Source: Polymyxa betae A26-41 (lineage: Eukaryota > Protista > Endomyxa: Phytomyxea). Taken from it: DNA of 64,000 nt. The DNA is taken from the NCBI GenBank assembly GCA_003693705.1, contig RBZT01000623.1:186001-250000 (forward strand), in the 5' to 3' direction. The notes beneath the pieces are model-generated. The model had not been told where the DNA came from. It worked only from the letters and a program-made list of their open reading frames with translations, and searched no databases. Positions 12,241 to 23,981 of this stretch are shown here, one piece after another. Each line of letters opens with the position of its first letter. The first letter of the stretch is position 1. The position numbers and the translations under genes are program-made.

Positions 12241-13566
12241 GGTTTCTAGGATGCTCTCGAGCGGAACAGAATGCAGATGCTCTCATAATCAAAAAAAATC
12301 GTAGGCATGCATAAGATGTCGTGGAGGAGTTCGGAGCGGAATCCAAAATGACATGGCAATTGTCAATTAAATCACTCAACTTTCAAACTGGCAAACCACC
12401 ATCGCGTTCAGGTTTGAAAATATTCGGGCTTGAAGACCTAATCGATCAAAACCTGTAATTACACTAACAGACATATGGATTTTGAATATATGTTAACTAC
12501 AAAATACAAAAAAAGTAACACTGATGATAGATATAAAACCGATAAAAGTATGTTGGTTTTGATCCTGCATGTCATCAAAAGAAACAGAATCCAATAAAAA
12601 CTTTTCATGATAACAAATACGTAACCTGTTGGTTGCTCGAATTCAATTTTACTGCATTTCCTTTCTCATCATAAGTATGGTGTCCAACAACTACACCACA
12701 GCGCCAGAGTCATATAAATAACATCTCTGACTAAGGAGAATAACTACACCATACCAAAGTACCGTCGTTGTATGGTAATTTAGCCAGAGATTGGGTATCA
12801 ACCGTTCCCTATATAGATCTGATGTCTGGATCAATCTTTAGACGGAAACGGTTTAGCGTTCCAGACAAGAATAATGAGCTGACGATCTTTTGTCTGGTTT
12901 ACCTAAATGATTGGTAAGAATAAATAGTGTTGGCTGGTTGGTTTCATATGAATTAGAATTTGTGGATACTTTAGATATTGTTTTATATCCGAGTGCCGGT
13001 AGTTGACTGAATGCCATATTGCTCTAGGTTGAATTTGAGCATGTTGTGTTCGTTCGTTTTGGTTACTGTGTTCATGATTCGACTATCTAAGTAGTCCACT
13101 AAGAGAATGCCATTTCTGTATCTGCGGTATAAGATGGGGCGGAAGGCCCAAGAACAAGCATACTCCGATTATGTTTTTCTCACCAAGATTGATTTTAAGA
13201 TGCTGAAAGCAGCGAAGCAGTGTTGCAATTGTTGTTCTTTGCAGGAATACGAAACTGGGATTCTCACAGGAATTCCAATGGACGCGACTTTGTCATGAAA
13301 CGATATTCGCCTTTCATCGATCTTAGGTTTCAATTACCCCGATGCTTTCATGGCAGAGATTTAAACTGAAGATTTGCAAGGAGTTGCCTATTGCCTTTAA
13401 GCGAAGCTGAGTTTTCTGTTAAAACATCTGCTTGCTACTTTTTATTTAACAGTGTCCTTTAAGAGATGATCTGAACTGAAAAGTGCGCTAGCTGTAATAC
13501 TGAAGAGATAATCCCCATCCTGTCTGCAGGGTTTCATCATTATTTATAACCAGCATTTCTGAATTC

Positions 13567-15104
13567 ATGTCATATCGGCTGGTTTTCGGTTTTCGAAGTC
13601 GGCGATATCTCCATGCCCCTATTACCGCTGCTGAGTTCGCCCAAGTCATGCAACCATTTGGAATCGCACCTGATCACCGCCTCGGTATAACCTGCTGTGT
13701 CTTCATGAACGAATGATTTCTTATCTGGAAAATGCTCAGGAATAGCGGTATCTGGTGGTGTTGATAGTATGGCCTTGTTAAGGCTGGCAGTCGAATGGCA
13801 CCGCGGTCGCTTATTGTCGCCGCTCTTCGTATTCAGTGTCAATCACGATCTACGTCCGGAAGCAGCCGAAGAAGTGCTCTGGGTATCAGAGCAATGTCGA
13901 TCAATTGGTTAAGATGGAGATCTTCGTGCTGTTTCGTGCGCTGAAATGACAATTGCAGGTATGGATTCTCAGCTTGCAATCCGTCATGTTCCGTTGAAGA
14001 TATTCTGGCCTGATAAATCACTGCCTTATTCGAAACTGCAAGCTGAAGCTCGTCATGCCAGATATGAACTGCTTGGCCGAGCCTGCAATCAGCACCAGAT
14101 TGATCGGCTACTGGTTGCTCACCATCTCAACGATCAAACTGAGACGTTCCTTCTGCGTCTGGCTCGAGCAAGCGGCATTGAAGGCCTAGGATGCATGCAC
14201 TCTCAAGCACAATCTTCATTCGGGACCGCCATCTTACGACCGCTGCTAGCGTTTTCGAAACCGCGATTAATCGCATCTTGTCAGGAACGATTTGGGCAAT
14301 CTTGGCGAGACGATCCATCGAATGAGAACTTCGTGTTTGACCGAGTTCGTGTTCGTTCAGTTGTCAACCGGCTACCTCCTGAATTCCTCCAACGGCTATA
14401 TATAACTGTTCGCCATTTTCAAGATCTGCATACCTCTGTAGAGAAACTCTGCAAGAATGCCATCCTGGAGGTTTGCACTTGGGTAATTGACTGAAATGCG
14501 TGTTTGAAAATTGTATTGAAAATCTTTGTAGGTACATCCGCTATCTGCATGTTGGATTAGCATTCCTCGGCTGCGACGTGAGAATCGAAGTGTGGCTCGG
14601 GCCGTCCTAACAGAAGTTTTCAAAACCATGTCGTCTGAACCTAAACTGAAGCTGAAGTTTCTAAACGATTTCCTCAACTACATTTATGAGGATACCCAGG
14701 TTGTGCTGGGCTTTCGAAATATGTTCGGTTGCAGAATTAGGCGCTTTCCAGATTCGATTTTAGTTGTGCCGGACTATGATCGGCCGGTTCATTCCAATTC
14801 GAAATCGTTATCACACAATGAGGCTCTAAAACAGATTCAATGGGGCACTGCTACATTCACACGGTTATCTGGTTCATTGCCAACTGCAACATCAATCCTG
14901 CCAGTCAATTATGTCTGGAAACAGCTTCGAAATCAGTTGAAGAGACGGAATTATATCGAACGGCTCCCAAATTCACCACCTGCATATATCAAAGAAGCCA
15001 ACTCATTTGCTATTGTCTGCAGCAAAACAAACCGCATCGTTGCCGTCCCTGCTCTTCAGGGCATTCTGCTCGATGCGACGTTCTCATCGATTCTCACTGT
15101 CTAA
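13567..15104 (+). CDS. tilS: tRNA(Ile)-lysidine synthase (TilS/MesJ family), probably mitochondrial
   Basis: PP-loop AVSGGVDS, VNHDLRPEA, EARHARY, AHHLNDQTETFLLRLARASG, RPLL, DDPSN..RVRVR; Arg-rich, acid-free leader MSYRLVFGFRSRRYLH. Confidence 0.88.
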
Positions 15105-15258
15105 TAATAAGAGATTCGTGTCGTTTTATACAAAGATATATCTCTACGTTTGCATCTATGACTCTCAGCCCATCCGATTATGGTTACAGTTCGTCGGTCT
15201 CTTTTCAGACGGCGCTGTACATTTGGAAGGGTTGTCGGTTAGCCCGTCCAAGGTCGCC

Positions 15259-16053
15259 ATGCAAGAAGAAGACCTTGATAGTAAAAGGTCATCATCTCTA
15301 GCAAATCACGATTAAATGCTGGTTAGATTTCCTGAAAGTCATTGTTGTCGGCAATGGTCAAGTTGGGAAGACCAGCATGATCACTAAATTTGCCACCGGC
15401 GACTTTACTGGACAATATAAGAAGACGATCGGGACCGATTTCATGGAGCGTGATCTGGATATCCCATCGAAAGGGAAGTCGATCAAGCTAATGCTTTGGG
15501 ATACAGCAGGCCAAGAGATGTTCAGCGAAATCACTCGAAATTATTACAGGGGCGCTGGCGCCGTCGTGTACGCTTTCAGCAGCGTCGACCGCGACTCGTT
15601 CGATGCCATTGAAAAATGGCGATCGCGCGTTCACGAAGAATGCGGTTCGAGCATCGCTGAGGTCTTGATCCAGACGAAATGCGATCTTTGGTCAACAGCG
15701 GTCGTGACGCCGACTGAATCCGAGGCTATGGCCAAAAAATTCAATCTGAAGTTGTATCGTGTTTGCACGAAGGAGAATAAGATGGTTGATGATGGTACGT
15801 CAATCGACATCAGTTTAGGATGCAACCTTTAAGCTGCATGATAGTCTTCCTTTATCTCTGCGAGTCGTACCTGGGCAAGTTGTCCACCGGAACAAACTCG
15901 AAGAAACAGGCGACAAAGCCGGTGCCCGAACCGAAGGGAAACATTGTCAATTTGGACGGCGGCGAGAAATCCAAGAGCCCATCAGACAAGAAAAAAATCG
16001 AGCCGTCTCGTCGGAGAACTGGAGGCAAAAAGCAGCTCTGCTTGGTCATGTAA
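15259..16053 (+). CDS. RAB23: Rab23 small GTPase, 3 exons
   Basis: MQEEDLDN FLKVIVVGNGQVGKTS, YKKTIGTDF, LMLWDTAGQE, YYRGA; C-terminal CLVM. The N-terminus and VGNG..GK pattern are typical of Rab23. Confidence 0.85.
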
Positions 16054-16094
16054 AATTGCAAACCATTTCAATGAAATGAATAACTTACTAACAT

Positions 16095-16771
16095 TTATTG
16101 ATGAGCCAACCAACGATGGTCTTTAGCAGCATTCTTCTTGCGCCGTTTAGCAATGAATTTGTCGACAGAGCCTGCTTTCTGTAACGTCTTAAACTTATCA
16201 ATCAACTCCATCTTGCGAAGTTCCGATTTCTTCAAGAAGAAGGGTTTTTTGCCCTCCTTTACCCGTTCTCTTTCTTCTCTGTACCATTCAGCTTTCTGTT
16301 CGCGTATTCTGGCTTCACGTTCGTCCATCTCGCGACTCTTTTGTAGAAAATCGATCGAGGATTGGACCGCAGTCTTGGATTCCCGACTTCTGCACTTCTT
16401 CAATGATTTCTTCAAAGTGGTCAGCTCTTTTTCGCGATCCTCGTTAAGAAAACGATACGATTGGGAGAAGACATTGGGGTTGAACTCTCCGCAGAGGTCA
16501 TCGAAGCGAGGATCGCGAGCTTTATGCCCCGATCCTTTGATTACGGGGCGAAACCTTGACACAGGTTTATTGCTTGGCATCTCAAGCGGTCTAAGCAATT
16601 GATATTAGAAAACAAGCAAAAGAAAAGAACGCATGATGAATCTGACGCTGTCTTATGGCGTTTCTTATTCGCCTTTTGTTTCGAAGAAGACACCTCTTCA
16701 ACATCGGAACCTGAATCAGATTCGGACGATGGCGCTTCGATTAAAAAAGGATCATGTTGCGGATCCGGCAT
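16095..16771 (-). CDS. RRP36: rRNA biogenesis protein RRP36, 2 exons
   Basis: RPLEMPSNKPVSRFR, RDPRFDDLCG, YRFL, GKKPFFLKKSE, KRRKKNAAKD; acidic N-terminal exon from ATG 16771. Confidence 0.9.
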
Positions 16772-16856
16772 TATAGATTTGCCCTTCGCTTCAGATTGTC
16801 GCTGAAGCGCGCACGACAAATCAGTATGTTTGCAATCTTTTTAATGATTTTACCGC

Positions 16857-16905
16857 AAAAAGTTGCGCAACTGCAGATGGTCTAAAATTTGCGGAAAATT
16901 TGCAG
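16857..16905. promoter_or_regulatory. Three AAAA(A/T)-TTGC motifs in the RRP36/TSR2 bidirectional promoter
   Basis: AAAAAGTTGCG 16857, AAAATTTGCGG 16884, AAAATTTGCAG 16895; related AAAAATTGCGG at 30753. Confidence 0.4.
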
Positions 16906-16963
16906 GAATTCGTTCAAGCCGCAGCGCAAAGCCGTTGATTTTGTGAATCATTTCAGGATTCAA

Positions 16964-17659
16964 ATGGAAATTGCTGAAGCGGGAACTGCGACGCCCTCGG
17001 CGATGACTGCATGTTCTTGCTCGATACTGAAATCGATAGATTGGTCGAGAAACCCGAGAGAGGGGTTCTATGTCGGCATGCGTTGTGCTCTGGACGAATG
17101 GGACGTCCTGCGAACAGCGATTAATGACGGCTGGGCGGGATCTGATCGCATTGGCCACATGCATCGCAACGAACTGCACTGCAAATTGGCGAGATATTTC
17201 GCTGAGATGCAAGGTGATGTCGATGCCGACGATATCGCCGACATGTTGACCGAATTCATTTCGAGCAAGTTCAATTGTGATTTAGAAGACGATAGCATGG
17301 ACTTTGTATGAAGGTTTTCGAGATTACGATACTCTTTTTTTAATTACATTACGCAGGTCGCCACCCTCATCATTCAGCTATATAAAGACTGTAAAGCCAG
17401 CGTCGATTTCTCCGGCCTGCAGATGATGATCGCAAGGAATCCATCTCCGCCAGCGCTGCTGGCAGTCGCCCAGAATCAACCTCAGCTGGATTCTGCACCG
17501 AAATGCAGTTGTCAAGTGCCGACTAATCAAACACCCGGTGAGGATCGTCCGATGGTGCTGGCGGAAATCGAATCCGATGAAGAAGTCCCCGGCCTGGTTG
17601 ACCAGGATGGATGGCAAACGGTGCCTTCGAAGAAATCGAGGCGGAAGAGACCACAGTGA
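16964..17659 (+). CDS. TSR2: Pre-rRNA-processing protein TSR2 (WGG domain), 2 exons
   Basis: F..G...L..W..L..AI.DGWAG, FNCDLEDDS, C-terminal DGWQTV..KK; intron 17305-17356. Confidence 0.85.
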
Positions 17660-17718
17660 GATCTATCTGACAATTTCTTATAAAGATGTTTTCAAAGTGA
17701 TCTTTACTACGTATCACG

Positions 17719-17796
17719 TGTAATGTTACATTTCATTATATGAATGTGTAATGTTACATCCCATTATACTGTATGAAAGTGTAATGTAATGTTACA
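17719..17796. repeat. Three-copy imperfect tandem repeat carrying the palindromic TGTAATGTTACA
   Basis: Exact 12-mer at 17719, 17747 and 17785, with similar spacers (CATTATA..ATGAA). Confidence 0.85.
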
Positions 17797-17858
17797 TGTC
17801 TCTAATATCATATGACAATAATCCTGCATGTGTGTTCTATGAACTTGCATCCATTCAA

Positions 17859-17978
17859 ATGGATCTGGCATCAGATTATAGTGGCTGGCTGATCTTCGTC
17901 GCCTGCTCCGTCTTCTGGATGACCGTCGTAGGCATTGTTATCTGGGTCTCTGTGCATCAGGCTCGAATTCAATCCTAG
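17859..17978 (+). CDS. Candidate 39-aa single-pass membrane microprotein
   Basis: MDLASDYSGWLIFVACSVFWMTVVGIVIWVSVHQARIQS: one clean TM helix, in a more GC-rich stretch than its AT-rich flanks. Confidence 0.4.
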   Translation: MDLASDYSGWLIFVACSVFWMTVVGIVIWVSVHQARIQS

Positions 17979-18159
17979 ACCAATGATAACATGTGTATTT
18001 AGTAGTCGTTTTATCCCTTAATCACAATTAAAGACTGCCTGCATTCTTTCACCATCTCTCTAAATGGGGGTACCCTGATATTCGACGGCGTACACGCCCC
18101 TGATCATTCTGGAATGAGTGCTAGTACAGAAACCGACCCTGATACAACATTTTTCTGGC

Positions 18160-19849
18160 ATGTATCTTCGTCTATGTCTGGCACTATTCGCTGCATTTCT
18201 CGTCTATCGCGTAATGCGATGGTTCATGTGGTTGCGAAAGCTGAAGAAGGCGCTGGCCGACGTCCCCGTTATGGATGAGCCACATTGGCTGTTTGGGAAC
18301 ATTCGTCAGATTCGTGCTATGGGCGGCTTCGTTGAAGCTCGGGCGGCGGCATTCGATAAGCTGGGCATTGGGACCATGAAGGTGTATCTGGGTCCTATTC
18401 CAATCATTGTCACACGAGATATCGATTTGTTCAAATACATTCACAACAATCAATCGAATAGCGCGACGCCGTTTATTCGCGTTGATGCTCCAATGCTGAA
18501 TCGTGTGGTCGGTGATAGCGCCCTTCTCGTCACCGATGGCGACGTTTGGGCATTTCATCGCAAGAATCTGGATCCACTATTCCATCGTCAGAATCTTAGC
18601 GGTGTCTATCCGAAGGTCGTGGAGCATTGCCAGCGATTGGAACGTCTCTGGTTAGAAGAATGTTGTAAGAATTCTATCACCAAAGCTGCTGATATCTTCG
18701 TCGACGATCAACTCAGGTCTTTCGCAACCGGGTAGTTTTATCTTGCAAAGTGTCCATTATAAATTGATAGAAGTTTACAGGATGATTGCCTATGTGGCGT
18801 TTAGCACTGATCTTGGCGTTTTGAAGACAAACGATATTCACCCCATGGTGCAGCGATTCACAGACATCGCTAAATCGATGGAGAGTTTAGGGATGTTTCC
18901 GCCCATCATGCAGAAGATCTCGTGGCTCCCTGAGCGACGCCTTCTTGAACGCGAAGTCGCCAAAACCGATCAGGAGATGTTGAAGACTATCCAGATGCGG
19001 CGTGTAGGGACCGCATCGGTTGAGGATTATCGCGACGTACTGGACCTGCTCCTGAATGCGGATGTGTCGCCGCCTTACACAGATCGTTGCATTCGTGACC
19101 AATGTATAACTTTGTATTGGGCCGGCCAAGAGACCACATCATTGTTCATGTAAACGAAACGATTTGGGGCTTGCTGAAACAGTGCTGAGCTTTGCGTCCA
19201 GGACCTGGGGCCTGTACTACCTGGCTCATCACCCGAACGTCCAGCAGACGCTGTTTGAGGCGCTGCAGGATTTGCCAGAGGCTTATACCTACGAGCAGCT
19301 GAGCCGAATCAATTACTTGACGTATTTCGTGGTAAGTTCATCGGCTGCTCAGCGGAGAATGGACGCTGAGCACCATGTAGAATGAGACGCTGCGTCTGGC
19401 GTCGGTGGCGCCATCGACCGTTAAACAATCGTCAACTGATGTCACTGCATATCAAGGATTACAGCTACCAGCTGGGCTCTGGTTGCTGTCCTCCATACAT
19501 GACATCCAACATCACCCCGACTACTTCCCTGATCCCCTCAAGTTTGATCCCGATCGCTGGACCGACCCAAAGCGACATTCCATGGATGCATTCGTCGCGT
19601 TTACCAAAGGAGAAAAGGCAACTGGCAATTTGCAAATAGACATCAATGACAATTGACTTTATTTCTTTGTAGGTCTGCATTGGCCAGAAACTGGCTCTGA
19701 TGGTAGGGAAGACGTTCTTCGCTTATGTTGTTCCGAAGTTCCAGTTCACCGAAGCACCAGGATTCGAGGTCGCCGCAAAAAAGACCTTCGTCTGCCGCCC
19801 CAAGAACGGAATGAAATTGCGAATCTCAGTCCGGCGTGATTCTGTTTAA
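18160..19849 (+). CDS. Cytochrome P450, 5 exons
   Basis: N-terminal TM anchor, W...R C-helix, AGQETT I-helix, ETLR, FDPDRW, heme motif FTKGEK|VCIG completed across a GC-AG intron. Confidence 0.92.
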
Positions 19850-19886
19850 TGTCGCCACTGAAAACAGTGGGCGTCGCTGCAATGCT

Positions 19887-21582
19887 TTATAAAATGTCAG
19901 ACAGATCCTCAGTTAGGTCGAGATGATCTGGTCCTGAAACAGTCTGCATCCGGGGTCCTCCCCAAGTTCTCTGACGACATGATAATATGCCATAGAGTTC
20001 AAACAGAATGCTGAGCACAGGCATCAAAACAGCATAGATTGGGAACATGAATATAGTTTTCAATGACGATCGTATCGTTACCGTGACATACGCCACAACG
20101 ATCCAAATCGGGATGTACACGCCGCCTATGGCTGCGACAATGAGCCAGACATAATCCAACGATCCGGATTGAATCAATTCGAACGTAACCAGATAAAAGA
20201 ATAGAGGAGCATTACGGATCGATAATAACATTTGAATGATTTGCAATCCAGGCACACATCGCCAAAGTTTCCAGGACGTCAACATAGCGACTTCGTTGGA
20301 GATGGTACCCAAGAACCAGCGACGGCGTTGCTTCATTAGATCGATGAATGACAAACAGCCGGGCGTTAGGCAACGGGCTGCGGGCAAGAAGGCGATGCGA
20401 TGTGACCTTTGGTCGCTTTCGAGCAGCAGAGAAGTGAGATAGCGATCTTCACCGAGGGATCGCTTTGCGAAATTGATCGAGTCGATAGCAGGCGATTGGG
20501 CAAAATACTCCCGCGATACGAGCCGCAACGATTCGAATCGGATCATGGCTAGAGCTCCTGGTAGACAGGAGACGCCACCCAGCAATGATTCAGTGCCTCG
20601 ATGCAGCATCTGAGAATCGATATACTCACAGTTCTGTACATGGCTCAGGAATCCAGTAGACCCGATCGTGATCAGTCCTGTTAGTGCTTCACAGAATGGG
20701 CGGTCAACCATGGCGTGCACGAAATGGGCGATGGCAAATCGGTCCAGGACAACATCGCTGTCGAGTAGCAAAAGAAACGGCTTCTCGATCTGGTCGCGTA
20801 ATAATTGCTGTAGGTAGAGGAAGGCACACATCTGGGCGTGGCGTTTCCCGCCGTGATCGAATCGCGCCAGGTCAACTCTGGCAAAGATATCAGATGGGGA
20901 ATTTCGAAAAGGTGAGTTGCTTGTACCTGAGCCCACGATACGACCCCCACACTATTGAATTTTGAGGTGGATGATCGGCTTGAGAGATTAGATGGAATAA
21001 CGACACAAATGCCGGCGTGATACGATCATCATCACAGGAGACGATCAGTCGCATCTTGGATTTCGGGTATGTGCTCTCAACGATGCTGTCTAGAGTCTGC
21101 GTCAGTCTTTCGACAGATTCATTATACACTGGCATTAGAATGACGACATCAGGAACTTGACGGCCACGATCCTGAGAATCAAGAGACAATTTCATCATGA
21201 TCGATGCATCGGAATGGGAGCGCACCAGATGGATAAAAGCACAAATGCATTTGAATAATGTCAGAATGATAAAGACGAACGGTTCTATTGTCATGATAAG
21301 GAGGAACCTGCTATCAGCGATAGAAGTGGCTAAAGGTTGTGATGTGAACAAATTGCTCCAGTTAACATGACTGAACACGATACTGTATAGAACACCATTA
21401 TAGAGAATGAGAACCACTAAAACAACAATCGAGAGTGTGATGGTTGATACTCGGGACGACTTCCGATCCGTTCGAAGTGCCACTGAAGTACATGCGATCA
21501 GATAAAATAGCCAATGGATGACTAAATGGATGACAGCTGCCACTAATAACAAAGAAATGATCCAGTTCAACAGAAGCGTCAT
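19887..21582 (-). CDS. Chitin synthase (GT2), class VI-like, 2 exons
   Basis: MPVYNE, HGGKRH, LDSD, CLPG, GEDRYLT, QRRRW, TWG; intron 20878-20926 joins the two ORFs. Confidence 0.92.
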
Positions 21583-21695
21583 TAGAATGTCGATTGTTTC
21601 AGATGGTCACATATTGTACTGATTTCTAAGGCACGCGATCGCTATTTTGCTCCAGTTTTGCGGTTTTTTCATAGAATGACGACACAGGGTATTTT

Positions 21696-23736
21696 TTATA
21701 ATTCGTCTTTCTCAGAAAATGGTTGGAGAAATTTGCTTTGATTAATATCAACAGATTTGGCGCTTTGTTGTGATCGATTGGATATATCTTGGAGCGCATC
21801 TGTAACCGCCTGCCGGTCATCCGGAGTTAAGGTTCGGGTATGGTCCAAAATGAACTGCGAGATTGCAGTAAAGGTGTAGGGCCCTCCATACGATATGGGT
21901 TTGGAGGGATTTCCCGCTGGATAGAAGAAAGCAGCTGGAAAGTGAATAAAATCGAGAGCAACGTCATTTAAAGAGCCATCGATCTCGACAATCAAAACAG
22001 ATGAATGGTTCTGGAAGATTTCAGCAACAGTCAATACTTGGGGATCAACCACTTTACATGCGCCACACCTGAACAAGTTCAGCGAATCATGGAATTAAGA
22101 CCACATAAACGTCACCAGGATTTGGATGTAACGATGACAAATGCATCTTTCGATTTATCAGAAATAATCTCCATGTAGTTTTCACCAACAGCGCGAATTA
22201 ACGGTCCAGACGTGAAAGGTAATGGTCGCTCTGATCTCACGTGAGGCTGGACTTGCCTCGTCAAGACCTATCGAATCCATTGAGATCAACAAGACCAAAC
22301 TTTTGGCGATTAGACAGACTTTTGTAATCCATATAGAAAGATTATCGTCATCAAACGGCTGATCAGCTGGATAGACGAACTTGACTGATGAAGCGATATT
22401 GTCTACAACTATACCCGGCCTGGCATTACAAGGTTTTCAGCTTGCAATTAAAACAGATTGGCGATTTTGACAACCAAGAGAAATCCAGCCCAAGGTTAAC
22501 AGCATGGTTGCCATTTTCAACTGCATCAAGCCACACCCACGACAGTTCCGATCTCGACTTCCTGGCAACTTTCTGAAGAGAGATTTGGCGTTATATAATT
22601 GTTAGAAGCAACAAAATTAACCTTCAAAATCTCTAAATAGTCATATCTCTTGTCATCGGCTGCCAGAAAACACCAAACAATTGGAAGACCGCGATCGAAG
22701 TAAACTAGTTGATCAAGAATCAGTGTTACGCAGCAGAATGGAGTGATGTTTGACAAACCTGAGTAATTGTCTGGGTTAATGTGGCTGATAGAAGGATATC
22801 TTTCCACATTGATGAAGTCTTGCAGAGAAATCGTGGAAATTTCTTTCTTTAAATATAAAACCTAAGGTAGAGCGGCATAATTAACGACGTCAGCTCCCTA
22901 TAGAGCGATACATACAGGGTCAGAGCGCAACGTTGTGTAAAGTAGTACGACAGAATTTTGGTCTTCAGTCAGTTCAGTGCCGATTTCGCTCAAGACCGAC
23001 ATCGGTGCATAAGCGAAAGTTGTATTCGTTCGTAGATGAGTTGCAGCTGCGGCAAACTCAACAAACGAGTCGCTGCCGTCTGCATTCAGAAACATAACCA
23101 TCGACTCGCTTGTAGCCATTAGCAAAAAAGTCATGACTAGCGGAGGCACTAACTTAAATGTCGCGACAAATTGGTTGAGATCATCGGCCGTTTGCAAATT
23201 TGCCAGGGTAGGGCCAGTTAATCGTCGAATATTGAAAACAATGGCTTTGAGGGTTTAAGATCAACAGCTTCAATCAACGTCACACAATTCACCTTCCCGG
23301 TCGTAGTTGCCATAATAATCGATGACTGTTGTAGAATCAAAAAACTTTAAGCACGGATAGTTCAAGGGAACGTTGAAAGAATCGCATAAGTCTCTGGAGC
23401 TGGTACAGTTGATAGCTGATTGACCGATGAATATCGAATAAACCGAGAGTAGCAAGTCATTACTAGCTATTGCAATCTCGTGATCTTCAATATATTTCGA
23501 AGCGTCTGTTAGTTCGGCTAGAACACGATTACAATCAGGGCACGATTGTTGCTCTCGCCTAAAATACTATTTGAAATCATACAAAAGCGACAGGTCGCCT
23601 TCAAAATATCGCATACTGTCAAAACATATCGATGTTCCTGAATCAGTTGGTTAAGCTCCTGACTGCTACTTGGATTTTGAATCTGATTGGCGGCCACATT
23701 CGATAGCACGAGACAGACCACGATGGCAGTGAGCAT
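21696..23736 (-). CDS. Protein disulfide isomerase family protein, multi-exon
   Basis: Signal peptide MLTAIVVCLVLSNVAA, thioredoxin folds with CPDC and WCGAC sites, C-terminal KDEL. Confidence 0.85.
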
Positions 23737-23981
23737 TGGCCAGACGATGCTCTCACGATCTCGCTATCATGGGCTGTGAAGCAAAACTAAACAACAATGA
23801 TATAAGCAGGTTCCGCTTTGTCTGTACCGTTACTGTATGAGGATTAGAGGATAGGTCGGTGTCCGCGTTTTTGTGGGGCAAGTCATTCTGAGGAAGGGCC
23901 GAGCGCCGACTCGGATATCGTTACTATCGAGCTGGAAAGGCCAACAGACAGACAGCGCATGTTGTTGTCATTCAGGTCGTC

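Noticed and set aside
17719-17796. Repeat-spacer pattern superficially like CRISPR
   Set aside because: The repeat is only 12 bp, the spacers resemble each other, there are no cas genes and the context is eukaryotic.
20878-20936. Apparent frameshift between the two chitin synthase ORFs
   Set aside because: A 49-nt GT-AG intron restores the frame, so it is neither a pseudogene nor a programmed frameshift.
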